In this document: positions 39,330 through 47,063 of the stretch, piece by piece
Layout of the letters: every line of letters begins with the position of its first letter
Numbering within the stretch: the stretch's first letter is position 1
Source: Burkholderiales bacterium
Lineage (GTDB): Bacteria > Pseudomonadota > Gammaproteobacteria > Burkholderiales > SG8-39
Reading direction: 5' to 3'
Length of the DNA stretch: 64,000 bases
NCBI GenBank assembly: GCA_038206915.1
Contig: JBBRAI010000009.1
Coordinates: 5,241 to 69,240 of the forward strand
Made by a program: the position numbers and the translations under genes
Notes under the pieces: generated by a model
What the model was told of the DNA's origin: nothing
The model's database searches: none
Seen by the model: only the letters and a program-made list of their open reading frames with translations

Positions 39330-40640
39330 TCAGCGTTTGTCGATAGGCTTGACGTCGCGTTTGGTCGGGCCGTTGTAGAGTTGGCGCGGCCGGCCGATCT
39401 TGTACTCCGGATCGGTGATCATCTCCTGCCACTGCGAGATCCAGCCCACGGTGCGCGCCAGCGAGAAGATGCCGGTGAACATCGATATCGGGATGCCCAG
39501 CGCCTTCTGCACGATCCCCGAATAGTAATCGACGTTCGGATAGAGCTTGCGCTTGACGAAATAATCGTCCTCGAGCGCGACCTTCTCCAGCGACATCGCA
39601 AGCTTGAACAGCGGGTCGTTTTCCAGGCCCAATTCGCCCAGCACTTCGTAGCAGGTTTCGCGCATGAGCTTGGCACGCGGATCGTAGTTCTTGTATACGC
39701 GGTGACCGAATCCCATCAAACGCACCCCGGAGTCCGGGTCCTTCGCCTTGGCGACGAATTCCCCCAGCTTGGCTGCGCCGCCCTGCGCCTGGATCTGCTG
39801 CAGCATGTTCAGGCAGGCTTCGTTCGCGCCGCCGTGCGCCGGTCCCCAGAGGCAGGCCACGCCGGCCGCGATCGCCGCGAACGGGTTCGTTCCGGATGAA
39901 CCGCACAGGCGCACGGTCGAAGTCGAAGCGTTTTGTTCGTGGTCGGCATGCAGGATGAAAATTCGATCCAGCGCGCGCACTACGACGTCATTGGGTTTGT
40001 ATTCTTCGCACGGCGTGCCGAACATCATGCGCAGGAAATTGGCCGTATAGGACAGATTGTTGCGCGGATAAATATACGGTTGCCCCATGGAATACTTGTA
40101 CGACATCGCGACCAGCGTCGGCATTTTCGCGATCAGGCGCACCGCCGAGATGTCGCGGTCCTTAGCGTTGTTGATGTCCAGGGAGTCGTGATAGAACGCC
40201 GACAAGGCGCCGACCAGCCCGGTCAATACCGCCATCGGATGCGCGTCGCGGCGGAATCCGCGCAGGAAGAACTGCATCTGCTCGTTTACCATGGTGTGAT
40301 GCGTCACCAGTTCGTCGAACGTGTCCTTTTGCGTCTTGTCGGGCAACTCGCCGTAAAGCAGCAGGTAGCAGGTTTCGAGGAAGTCGCAATGCCCCGCAAT
40401 CTGTTCGATCGGGTAACCGCGGTACATCAACTCGCCCTTGTCGCCGTCGATATAAGTGATTTTCGAACTGCAGGCCGCGGTCGACAGGAATCCGGTGTCG
40501 TAGGTAAACATGCCGGTCTTGGCATAGAGCGAACGGATGTCGATGACATCCGGGCCGACGCTGCCGCTGAATACCGGTAACTCGATCGATTTGCCATCAG
40601 CGTAATTCAGCGTGGCCTTGCCAGTAGACTCCATCATCAT
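39330..40640 (-). CDS. gltA: Citrate synthase, type II (Gram-negative hexameric type)
   Basis: 436 aa: [59 protein letters not shown]. Confidence 0.95.
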   Translation of the reverse strand: MMMESTGKATLNYADGKSIELPVFSGSVGPDVIDIRSLYAKTGMFTYDTGFLSTAACSSKITYIDGDKGELMYRGYPIEQIAGHCDFLETCYLLLYGELPDKTQKDTFDELVTHHTMVNEQMQFFLRGFRRDAHPMAVLTGLVGALSAFYHDSLDINNAKDRDISAVRLIAKMPTLVAMSYKYSMGQPYIYPRNNLSYTANFLRMMFGTPCEEYKPNDVVVRALDRIFILHADHEQNASTSTVRLCGSSGTNPFAAIAAGVACLWGPAHGGANEACLNMLQQIQAQGGAAKLGEFVAKAKDPDSGVRLMGFGHRVYKNYDPRAKLMRETCYEVLGELGLENDPLFKLAMSLEKVALEDDYFVKRKLYPNVDYYSGIVQKALGIPISMFTGIFSLARTVGWISQWQEMITDPEYKIGRPRQLYNGPTKRDVKPIDKR

Positions 40641-40907
40641 CTCCCTTTGCCTCGGTGGACTAACCGCAAACAGAATTTAGGCCGTAACGACATTTGCCTA
40701 TCCGCGGCCCGCCGCCGGGGTGCGTCGCCAAACGGCACGATCGGCGCGCGCGCGAATCGTGCCCGGAAAGCCGCCGTAAGTATAGCCCAGTTGGGTCTGT
40801 AAGGAGCCTGGACGCGCCCTCCGCGGATGGTCCTGCCGCGCCGTACCGGCACCGCGCTCCGGCACGCGGAACGCCGGACTGCGTCAATCGATTTGCCTGC
40901 GCTGGCC

Positions 40908-42554
40908 CTATTCCGAAGACAGCTTCTGGCGCGCCAGCAGTTCGAGCGGGAACGATTCGGTGCCGAGGAGTTCCGGGGTGCCAGCAAAGAACTGACGCGA
41001 GCTTCCGAGGTGGGTGGGAATCTGTGCATCGGCACCGGTCGCGATGAGCTGTCGCGCGATTCTGATTCCTTCGTTCCGGACCATGCGCGTAAAGCGGTCG
41101 GGCCCGCGGTCGGTTTCGGGTATTTCCTTGAAATCAAAGTACTCCCTGGCGTTCTGCGGCGGTTTGAGGATCACCACCGGCGCCTTCAGCTCATTGTCCT
41201 CTATGCGGCCGCGATAGGTCGCCTGGTAATACATAGGCGAAAGATCCTCGTGCGAGATGTTGAAGTCGCGCTCGTAGGGCTTGTGCGCAAACATCTCGAC
41301 TCGGTTGTCCTCGGTGACCGCGATGGCGAAGACGCACCCGGGAAACTGGGCTCTGGACTTGCGGTAGGCCTCGAACAGCAGACTGCCGTAGGCGCGTGCC
41401 TCGCCCTCGCCCTCGCGGAGCGGCGCCGTCTGCTGCGGTTCCGGCGCCAGTGCCGCCGCGTTGCCCGTCAAGGTGCGCGCCGCTGCGGCGGGCGCCGAGC
41501 CCTGCTCCGTCGGCATCGACCGGTATTTTTCCGGCAGGCGAAACTTGCTTCTGTATGACGCGTCCGGCTGCGCTACCTTGCCCTTCAGATAGGGCAGGCG
41601 CAGCGTAATGGTCGTGCCCTCGCCTATCGTGCTCCTGATCGACAGCTCGCCGCCGAATTCGGCGACGGTCTGGCGCACGAACACGAATCCGAGCGAATGG
41701 ACCTCGCCATCCAGGGTCTGGCGATCGGCAAGAAGCTGCTGGATCTTTTCCTCGGACATGCCCACGCCGTCGTCGTGCACGTGCAGCGCCACGCGTTCGC
41801 CTTCGACGGTCGTGCTCACGCGGACCGCCCCCGCCCTGCGCCCGCGCATGGCATCGACTGCGTTCATGACCAGGTTGAAGTACATGCGGCGGAAACGCGG
41901 ACGCCGGCCGACGATTACCGCCGGCTCCATTCTTTCGAGCAGCAGCTCGACGCGCGCCTCCGACTTCTCCACTACATAGCCGCGAACGACATCCTGCGTG
42001 AAATCGTCGATGTCCTCCGCGATATCGAATTCGTCGTGCACGCCTGCGTTACCCGACTCCTCGCCAAACGCCGCTATGCGCAGATATACGCCGTAGAGCC
42101 AGCTGATGCAGTTGCGGTAATGGCGCCGCGAGCGCACCGAGCGCGCCTCCTGTGGCAGGAACGACAGCACCTGGTCCGAGCGTCCCCACAGCGGGCTGAG
42201 AATGAGATCGCAGGCCTCGTCGATGATGCCGACATAGCGCCGGCCCAGCAGCAGCACCGTGCGGTCAGGGGAGAAGCTCTTCACCGCGTTCGAGTAGTCC
42301 TGGAACGCCTGCCGCAAGGCGCGAAGCTTGGCCTTCAGCTCCTCGACGTCCGCCCCGTGCAGGACCCGCGCCTGCTCGATGTTGTAGATCTCGAGATCGG
42401 TGTTCAGGGTGACGTGGTAGTGAAGGATTTCGTTGAAGAAGCCCTCGACCCGGAGATCATGGATGAGAAACTTGATCTCGGCGACTTCCTTCTTGATTCC
42501 CTCCTTGTAGTCTGGCAGAGCCAGGGAGGCATCGTCTGCTCGACCCGTCGTCAC
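40908..42554 (-). CDS. Soluble GHKL/HATPase_c-domain protein (histidine-kinase-type ATPase) with unassigned N- and C-terminal regions
   Basis: 548 aa with N box FNLVMNAVDAM, G1 DDGVGM, G2-like HSLGFVFVRQ and G3 GEGTTITLRLP. I saw no TM segments and no recognisable HisKA H-box at the usual distance. About 215 aa at the C-terminus match nothing I recognise. GTG start with GAGGGG upstream. Confidence 0.6.
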   Translation of the reverse strand: MTTGRADDASLALPDYKEGIKKEVAEIKFLIHDLRVEGFFNEILHYHVTLNTDLEIYNIEQARVLHGADVEELKAKLRALRQAFQDYSNAVKSFSPDRTVLLLGRRYVGIIDEACDLILSPLWGRSDQVLSFLPQEARSVRSRRHYRNCISWLYGVYLRIAAFGEESGNAGVHDEFDIAEDIDDFTQDVVRGYVVEKSEARVELLLERMEPAVIVGRRPRFRRMYFNLVMNAVDAMRGRRAGAVRVSTTVEGERVALHVHDDGVGMSEEKIQQLLADRQTLDGEVHSLGFVFVRQTVAEFGGELSIRSTIGEGTTITLRLPYLKGKVAQPDASYRSKFRLPEKYRSMPTEQGSAPAAAARTLTGNAAALAPEPQQTAPLREGEGEARAYGSLLFEAYRKSRAQFPGCVFAIAVTEDNRVEMFAHKPYERDFNISHEDLSPMYYQATYRGRIEDNELKAPVVILKPPQNAREYFDFKEIPETDRGPDRFTRMVRNEGIRIARQLIATGADAQIPTHLGSSRQFFAGTPELLGTESFPLELLARQKLSSE

Positions 42555-42754
42555 CGCTCAGCCCCTCTAATCAACGTCGAAGAACCAATCGATTGTGCGT
42601 GCGGGGCGGCCCGTGCATGCGCATATACCGCGCGGCGCGCCTCCCCTGGGCGGCGCAGTTGGCAGCGCCCCGGATCCGCGCAGGGGAACGGGCTCCCAAA
42701 CCGTCGGGAAGCCCCCGGCCCCTGAACCTGCAAGTGCTGCGATACGGCCTGCCG

Positions 42755-44152
42755 CTACTTCCTGCCGCCTTCGGCCGCCCACTTCTCCAGCATGTCCGTG
42801 GTAACGGATTTTGGACGCTCCAGGGCATAGCCCAAGGCACGGTCCCAGGTGATGTTGGCCATGCAACCGAGCGCGCGGCCGACACCGAACAAGACGGTAT
42901 AGAAATCCCAGTTCTTGAGGCCATAGTACCACTGGATAACGCCGGATTGCGCGTCCACGTTCGGCCACGGATTCTTGGTGTGGCCGTGCTCGCTGAGCAC
43001 CCCCGGCGCGACTTCGAAGATCATGGAGACCAGCTTGAACAGCGGATCATCCTTGAGGCCCGGCGTCTTGAGGCAGAACTCGCGCTGCGACATGTAGCGC
43101 GGATCGGTCTTGCGCAGCACTGCGTGGCCGTAGCCCGGAACGACCTGGCCGGAATTGAGGGTGTCCCACAGCGCTTTGGTGATCAGTTCCTTCGTCGGCT
43201 CGACGCCCTTGCAGTATTTCTCCTGGAACTTGATGGTCCAGCTGAGAACTTCCTGGTTGGCAAGGCCGTGCAGCGGGCCCGCGAGGCCGTTCAACCCGGC
43301 AGAGTACGCATAGTAGGGATCGGACAATGCAGAATGCACCAGGTGGGTGGTATGCGCGGAAACGTTGCCGGACTCGTGGTCTGAGTGCAGGATGAAGTAC
43401 ATCCGCGCGAGGTCCTTATAGTCTTCGCTCTGGCCGATCATGTGCGCGAAATTCGCGCCCATGTCCAGCTTCGGATCGATTTTGATCTGCTTGTCGTCCT
43501 TGTACTTGAGGTTGTGGATGAACGCGGCGATGACAGGAATACGGGCGACGAGGTCGCTGGCATCCTCGTACAGCGATTCCCAGGCGTTCATCTTGTTGAA
43601 CTTGCCGGAGTTGTAGTGAGCCACGAACTTGGAGTCCTTTTGCAGCGCCAGAATGCCGGTGGAGAGCATCACCATCGGATGGCTGTCCCGCGGCAGCGCG
43701 CGAAGCACGTCGAACACGTAGCCGGGAACGTCCTGGCGCGTCTTCCACTGCGCCAGAACTTCGTCCACCTGCGCCTGCGTCGGAACCTCTCCGGTAAGCA
43801 GGAAGTACCAGAATGCCTCGACCGTCGGATAGGCGGAGCCGGCAGCCTTGGGCAGCGCCGCAAACGTCTCGGGAATGGTCTTGCCCCTGAAGCGTATCCC
43901 TTCCTGCGGATCAAGGTAGGAGATGTCGGTAACCAGGCACCTGACGTCGCGGGCTCCGCCAATGCATTGCCCGATATCGACCTTGTCGATGACCACGTCG
44001 GAGAATTCCTTGGTGAGTTTGGCAATGCGCGGACGCTGCGCCTGGATTTTCTCCGCCAACTTGGCTTTCAGCTGCGTCACTGAACTGGCCGCCGATTGCC
44101 CGGAACCTTGCGATTGATTCTTTTCCGACAGCTTGTCTAGTACCTGATCCAT
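42755..44152 (-). CDS. Citrate synthase, eukaryotic (mitochondrial) type
   Basis: Colinear with animal mitochondrial CS: LDPQEGIRFRGKTIPE, FWYFLLTGEVPT, LHSDHESGNVSAHTTHLVHSALSDPY, NGLAGPLHGLANQEVL, VVPGYGHAVLRKTDPRY, NPWPNVDAQSGV, YTVLFGVGRALG. Start moved to ATG 44152 (AGGAG 8 nt upstream) rather than TTG 44203. Confidence 0.9.
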   Translation of the reverse strand: MDQVLDKLSEKNQSQGSGQSAASSVTQLKAKLAEKIQAQRPRIAKLTKEFSDVVIDKVDIGQCIGGARDVRCLVTDISYLDPQEGIRFRGKTIPETFAALPKAAGSAYPTVEAFWYFLLTGEVPTQAQVDEVLAQWKTRQDVPGYVFDVLRALPRDSHPMVMLSTGILALQKDSKFVAHYNSGKFNKMNAWESLYEDASDLVARIPVIAAFIHNLKYKDDKQIKIDPKLDMGANFAHMIGQSEDYKDLARMYFILHSDHESGNVSAHTTHLVHSALSDPYYAYSAGLNGLAGPLHGLANQEVLSWTIKFQEKYCKGVEPTKELITKALWDTLNSGQVVPGYGHAVLRKTDPRYMSQREFCLKTPGLKDDPLFKLVSMIFEVAPGVLSEHGHTKNPWPNVDAQSGVIQWYYGLKNWDFYTVLFGVGRALGCMANITWDRALGYALERPKSVTTDMLEKWAAEGGRK

Positions 44153-44173
44153 GGCCTGATCTCCTATAGCTTG

Positions 44174-44203
44174 CTGATATTGATTTGAATCAACGTTAGT
44201 CAA
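44174..44203 (-). promoter_or_regulatory. Candidate promoter of the eukaryote-type CS gene (TTGACT-N18-TATCAG); the palindrome lies in the spacer
   Basis: On the reverse strand, -35 is at 44203-44198 and -10 at 44179-44174. The predicted 5' UTR of about 15 nt contains AGGAG. Confidence 0.35.
44179..44194. promoter_or_regulatory. 16-bp operator-like palindrome ATTGATTTGAATCAAC (site 1)
   Basis: Near-identical over about 22 nt to site 2 (TGATATTGATTTGAATCAACGT versus TAATATTGATTTGCATCAATGT). Lies 27-42 nt upstream of the CS start. Confidence 0.5.
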
Positions 44204-44215
44204 ATACCGTAATTT

Positions 44216-44479
44216 TCATTCCTGAATATCCGTATTGTCCAGGCAGCCGCGCATCCACTGCACCACCTCGGCGAACCGCGCGTCGCCGCACTCGGCGCGC
44301 GCGCGTATCAAATCCCATAACTCAATGTCCGTATAGGTCAGCAACGTCTGGAAGGTAGTAAGGCGCTCGCCCTCAAGCTGGTCGCAATACTTCTTCAGAA
44401 AGCGCTCCAGCACCACATCCAGCTCCAACAATCCGCGACGGCATTGCCAGCGCAGTCGGTTAAGCTCTTGCGTGTTCAT
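44216..44479 (-). CDS. sdhE: Succinate dehydrogenase flavinylation factor SdhE (DUF339/YgfY)
   Basis: 87 aa with the family motif RLRWQCRRGLLELDVVL and a downstream DxELW-type segment. Confidence 0.85.
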   Translation of the reverse strand: MNTQELNRLRWQCRRGLLELDVVLERFLKKYCDQLEGERLTTFQTLLTYTDIELWDLIRARAECGDARFAEVVQWMRGCLDNTDIQE

Positions 44480-44602
44480 CTGCCTGCTCCGCCCGCGCCG
44501 GGCACGACCGAATTCGCCACGGGCGCACCATCGAAAGTCCCGTACGGACCGCGCTCTGCAACTTTCGTCGTTCCTGATTGTGGCTCAACATCAACCACTA
44601 AT

Positions 44603-44618
44603 ATTGATTTGCATCAAT
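44603..44618. promoter_or_regulatory. 16-bp operator-like palindrome ATTGATTTGCATCAAT (site 2)
   Basis: Perfect 6-bp arms with a 4-bp spacer, 124-139 nt upstream of the sdhE ATG in the short gntR-sdhE spacer. Confidence 0.5.
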
Positions 44619-44693
44619 GTGGAAGGGAATTGTCTGCTGTCGGCGCGCGCGGCGTCCGCAGTTCGGCGGTGCCACGGGGGCGTTCGATGCCGG

Positions 44694-45425
44694 CTAGCCG
44701 AGATCGTTGCTGTAGTAGTGCTTGTCGGTGCGGTAATAGCCGCGGCGGAACTCGACCGGCTTTTCGCCGTAGCTGAACGCCACCCGCTCGACGCACAGCA
44801 GCGGCGTGCGCGCCGCTACGCCGAGCAACTCCGCGGCCGTCGCGTCGGCCCCGACCGCGCGGATCTTTTCCTCCGCACGGATCATGCGCGTGCCGAATTC
44901 GGTCTCGAACAGCTTGTACATGGAACCCTTGTAATCGTCGAGTACCGCGGCGCTGAGGCGCCTGAAGCGCGCCCCGGGCAGGAATATATGCTCGAATACC
45001 GTGGGCACTTCGGCAAAACTGAGCACCCGGCGAATGACCACGACGCCGTCGCCTGCCCTGAGCTCGAGCAGGCGCGCGACTTCGGCGCTGGCGCGCGCGC
45101 GCTTGCAATCGAGCAGCCGTCCGGCCGGATATTCCTGCACGCCCTCGTCGGGCTTGAGCCGCAGGAAGCGGAACTGCGCGCGCGCCTCGTCGTGCGTCGC
45201 GACGAAAGTGCCCTTGCCCTGGCGGCGCAGCAGATGCTTCTCGGCGGCGAGTTCGTCGATCGCCTTGCGCACCGTACCCTGGCTCACTTTGTAACGGGCG
45301 GCCAGTTCGAATTCGTTCGGAATCGCCTCGCCCGGACGCCATTCGCCGGACTGCAGGCTTTGCATGATCGAATCCTTGATTTGCCGGTACAACGGGCTGA
45401 ACGTCGGTGCTACGGTGCTCCTCAT
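44694..45425 (-). CDS. GntR-family transcriptional regulator, HutC/UTRA subfamily
   Basis: 243 aa: wHTH PLYRQIKDSIMQSLQSGEWRPGEAIPNEFELAARYKVSQGTVRKAIDELAAEKHLLRRQGKGTFV, followed by a UTRA-like effector domain. Confidence 0.9.
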   Translation of the reverse strand: MRSTVAPTFSPLYRQIKDSIMQSLQSGEWRPGEAIPNEFELAARYKVSQGTVRKAIDELAAEKHLLRRQGKGTFVATHDEARAQFRFLRLKPDEGVQEYPAGRLLDCKRARASAEVARLLELRAGDGVVVIRRVLSFAEVPTVFEHIFLPGARFRRLSAAVLDDYKGSMYKLFETEFGTRMIRAEEKIRAVGADATAAELLGVAARTPLLCVERVAFSYGEKPVEFRRGYYRTDKHYYSNDLG

Positions 45426-45458
45426 GCGCGCATTTCAGCACAAAAGCCTCGGACCCGT

Positions 45459-45488
45459 CTATCAGATCAGATATCTTATATCTGATAG
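45459..45488. promoter_or_regulatory. 30-bp composite palindrome CTATCAGAT-CAGATATCTTAT-ATCTGATAG upstream of the GntR gene
   Basis: 9-bp outer arms plus an overlapping inner CAGATAT/ATATCTG pair. It lies 34-63 nt upstream of the regulator start, in the divergent gntR/mdh control region. Confidence 0.45.
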
Positions 45489-45508
45489 CGATTCGCAAAC
45501 ATGCTTGG

Positions 45509-45537
45509 TTGACACCTGCGCGTGTAGAACTTAGACT
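45509..45537 (+). promoter_or_regulatory. Candidate sigma70 promoter for mdh (TTGACA-N17-TAGACT)
   Basis: Perfect -35 at 45509-45514 and -10 at 45532-45537, about 145 nt upstream of the mdh ATG. Confidence 0.45.
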
Positions 45538-45682
45538 TTGAAACGCCGAGCGGGAGAATTCTGCGACGATTGTGCAGTGCACACAGCGCAGTTCGCGCGC
45601 CTCCACCCGCCCCCACGCCAACACCTTCTCCTCATCACACCCCGCCTCTTTCCATCAACCAACCATCTTCCGGAGTATTCAC

Positions 45683-46675
45683 ATGCCCAAATCACCCGTA
45701 CGAGTCGCAGTCACCGGCGCAGCCGGCCAGATCGGCTACAGCATTCTGTTCCGCATTGCCGCCGGCGACATGCTCGGCCCCGACCAGCCGGTCATTCTGC
45801 AAATGCTGGAAATCCCCGACGAGAAGGCGCAAAAAGCGCTGACCGGCGTCATGATGGAACTCAACGACTGCGCATTTCCGCTGCTCGCGGGGATGTCCGC
45901 CGCCTCCGATCCGATGGTCGCGTTCAAGGACGCCGATTACGCCATCCTGGTCGGCGCACGGCCGCGCACGGCGGGTATGGAACGCAAAGACCTGCTCGAA
46001 GCGAACGGCGCGATCTTCGTGCCGCAGGGCAAAGCATTGGACAAGGTGGCGAGCCGCAAGGTGAAAATCCTGGTCGTCGGCAATCCCGCCAACACCAATG
46101 CGCTGATCGCGATGAAAAACGCGCCGAGTCTGTCGCCGCGGCAGTTCACCGGCATGATGCGCCTTGACCATAATCGTTTGCTCTCGCAGATCAGCGCGAA
46201 GATCTCGAAGCCGGTCACCAGCCTGCGTAAAGCGCTTGTCTGGGGCAACCATTCCGCCACCCAATACCCGGACGTATTCCAGATGGAAGCGGACGGCAAG
46301 AAAGTCTGGCCGATGATCAACGACCAAGCCTGGCTCGAGACCAACCTCATCCCGACGGTGCAAAAGCGCGGCGCCGCCATCATCGCGGCGCGCGGCCTGT
46401 CTTCGGCCGCCAGCGCGGCCAGCGCGGCGATCGACCATATGCGCGACTGGGCCATGGGAACGCCGGACGGTGACTGGATCTCCATGGGCATTCCCTCCGA
46501 CGGCAGCTACGGCATTGCCGAAGGCGTGGTCTACGGCCATCCCGTGACCTGCAAGAACGGCGAATTCCAGATCGTCAAGGGCGTCGAGATCAGCGATTTC
46601 GCCCGCACGCGCATGGACGCCACGCTCAAGGAACTGCACGAAGAGCGCGACGGCGTGAAGCACCTGTTCGGCTAA
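45683..46675 (+). CDS. mdh: Malate dehydrogenase (LDH-like, long type)
   Basis: [57 protein letters not shown]. Start at ATG 45683 with GGAG upstream. Confidence 0.95.
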   Translation: MPKSPVRVAVTGAAGQIGYSILFRIAAGDMLGPDQPVILQMLEIPDEKAQKALTGVMMELNDCAFPLLAGMSAASDPMVAFKDADYAILVGARPRTAGMERKDLLEANGAIFVPQGKALDKVASRKVKILVVGNPANTNALIAMKNAPSLSPRQFTGMMRLDHNRLLSQISAKISKPVTSLRKALVWGNHSATQYPDVFQMEADGKKVWPMINDQAWLETNLIPTVQKRGAAIIAARGLSSAASAASAAIDHMRDWAMGTPDGDWISMGIPSDGSYGIAEGVVYGHPVTCKNGEFQIVKGVEISDFARTRMDATLKELHEERDGVKHLFG

Positions 46676-46699
46676 GACTGAACTGCATAGCGCGTCCTC

Positions 46700-46731
46700 G
46701 ATCCGGAAATTGCATGGAACGTTTCCGGATC
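46700..46731 (+). terminator. Stem-loop downstream of mdh (10-bp stem GATCCGGAAA/TTTCCGGATC), no U-tract
   Basis: Lies 25 nt after the mdh stop. The perfect stem has a 12-nt loop. With no T-run, terminator function is uncertain. Confidence 0.35.
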
Positions 46732-47017
46732 AGACTGCGCGGCGTTCGCGAGCACCCGTCCGGGCGCAAGGCATGAGCGCCGCGGTGCATCCGGGCACTG
46801 CCCTGTTCAAGGGTGAGAAGCCTTTTCACGTCATTCCATCCTGCGAGCATTGAGCCGGCAGTGAAAAACTCATGCCGCAGCCGCTGGCTTCCCGGCACCG
46901 CACTGTGTCGCCGCGGCGACAGTAGGCTCGGCGCTTAACGCGCTAGCATTTGACCTGCGTTAAAGTGGCGCGGGCGCAGCGGCTTTAGACTCGTGCGCCT
47001 GGGTCTCTTGAAGGGCA

Positions 47018-47041
47018 CGGGGAACCCGTCCCCGATTTTTT
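47018..47041 (+). terminator. Canonical intrinsic-terminator-like hairpin (CGGGGA-ACCCG-TCCCCG + ATTTTTT) 22 nt upstream of the prpB start
   Basis: A 6-bp GC stem, a 5-nt loop and a T6 run, read directly from the sequence. It is followed by GGAAAGG and the prpB ATG. Confidence 0.4.
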
Positions 47042-47063
47042 GCAACAGACTGGAAAGGTCGAT

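Noticed and set aside
44153-44203. TTG-initiated N-terminal extension of the eukaryote-type citrate synthase
   Set aside because: ATG 44152 has a strong AGGAG at 8 nt. The extension would place the operator-like palindrome and a promoter-like TTGACT/TATCAG pair inside coding sequence.
46773-46853. 26-codon ORF (MSAAVHPGTALFKGEKPFHVIPSCEH) in the mdh-prpB spacer as a possible leader peptide
   Set aside because: It has no convincing RBS and no codon bias signal I can judge at this length. It is kept only as part of the leader-region finding.
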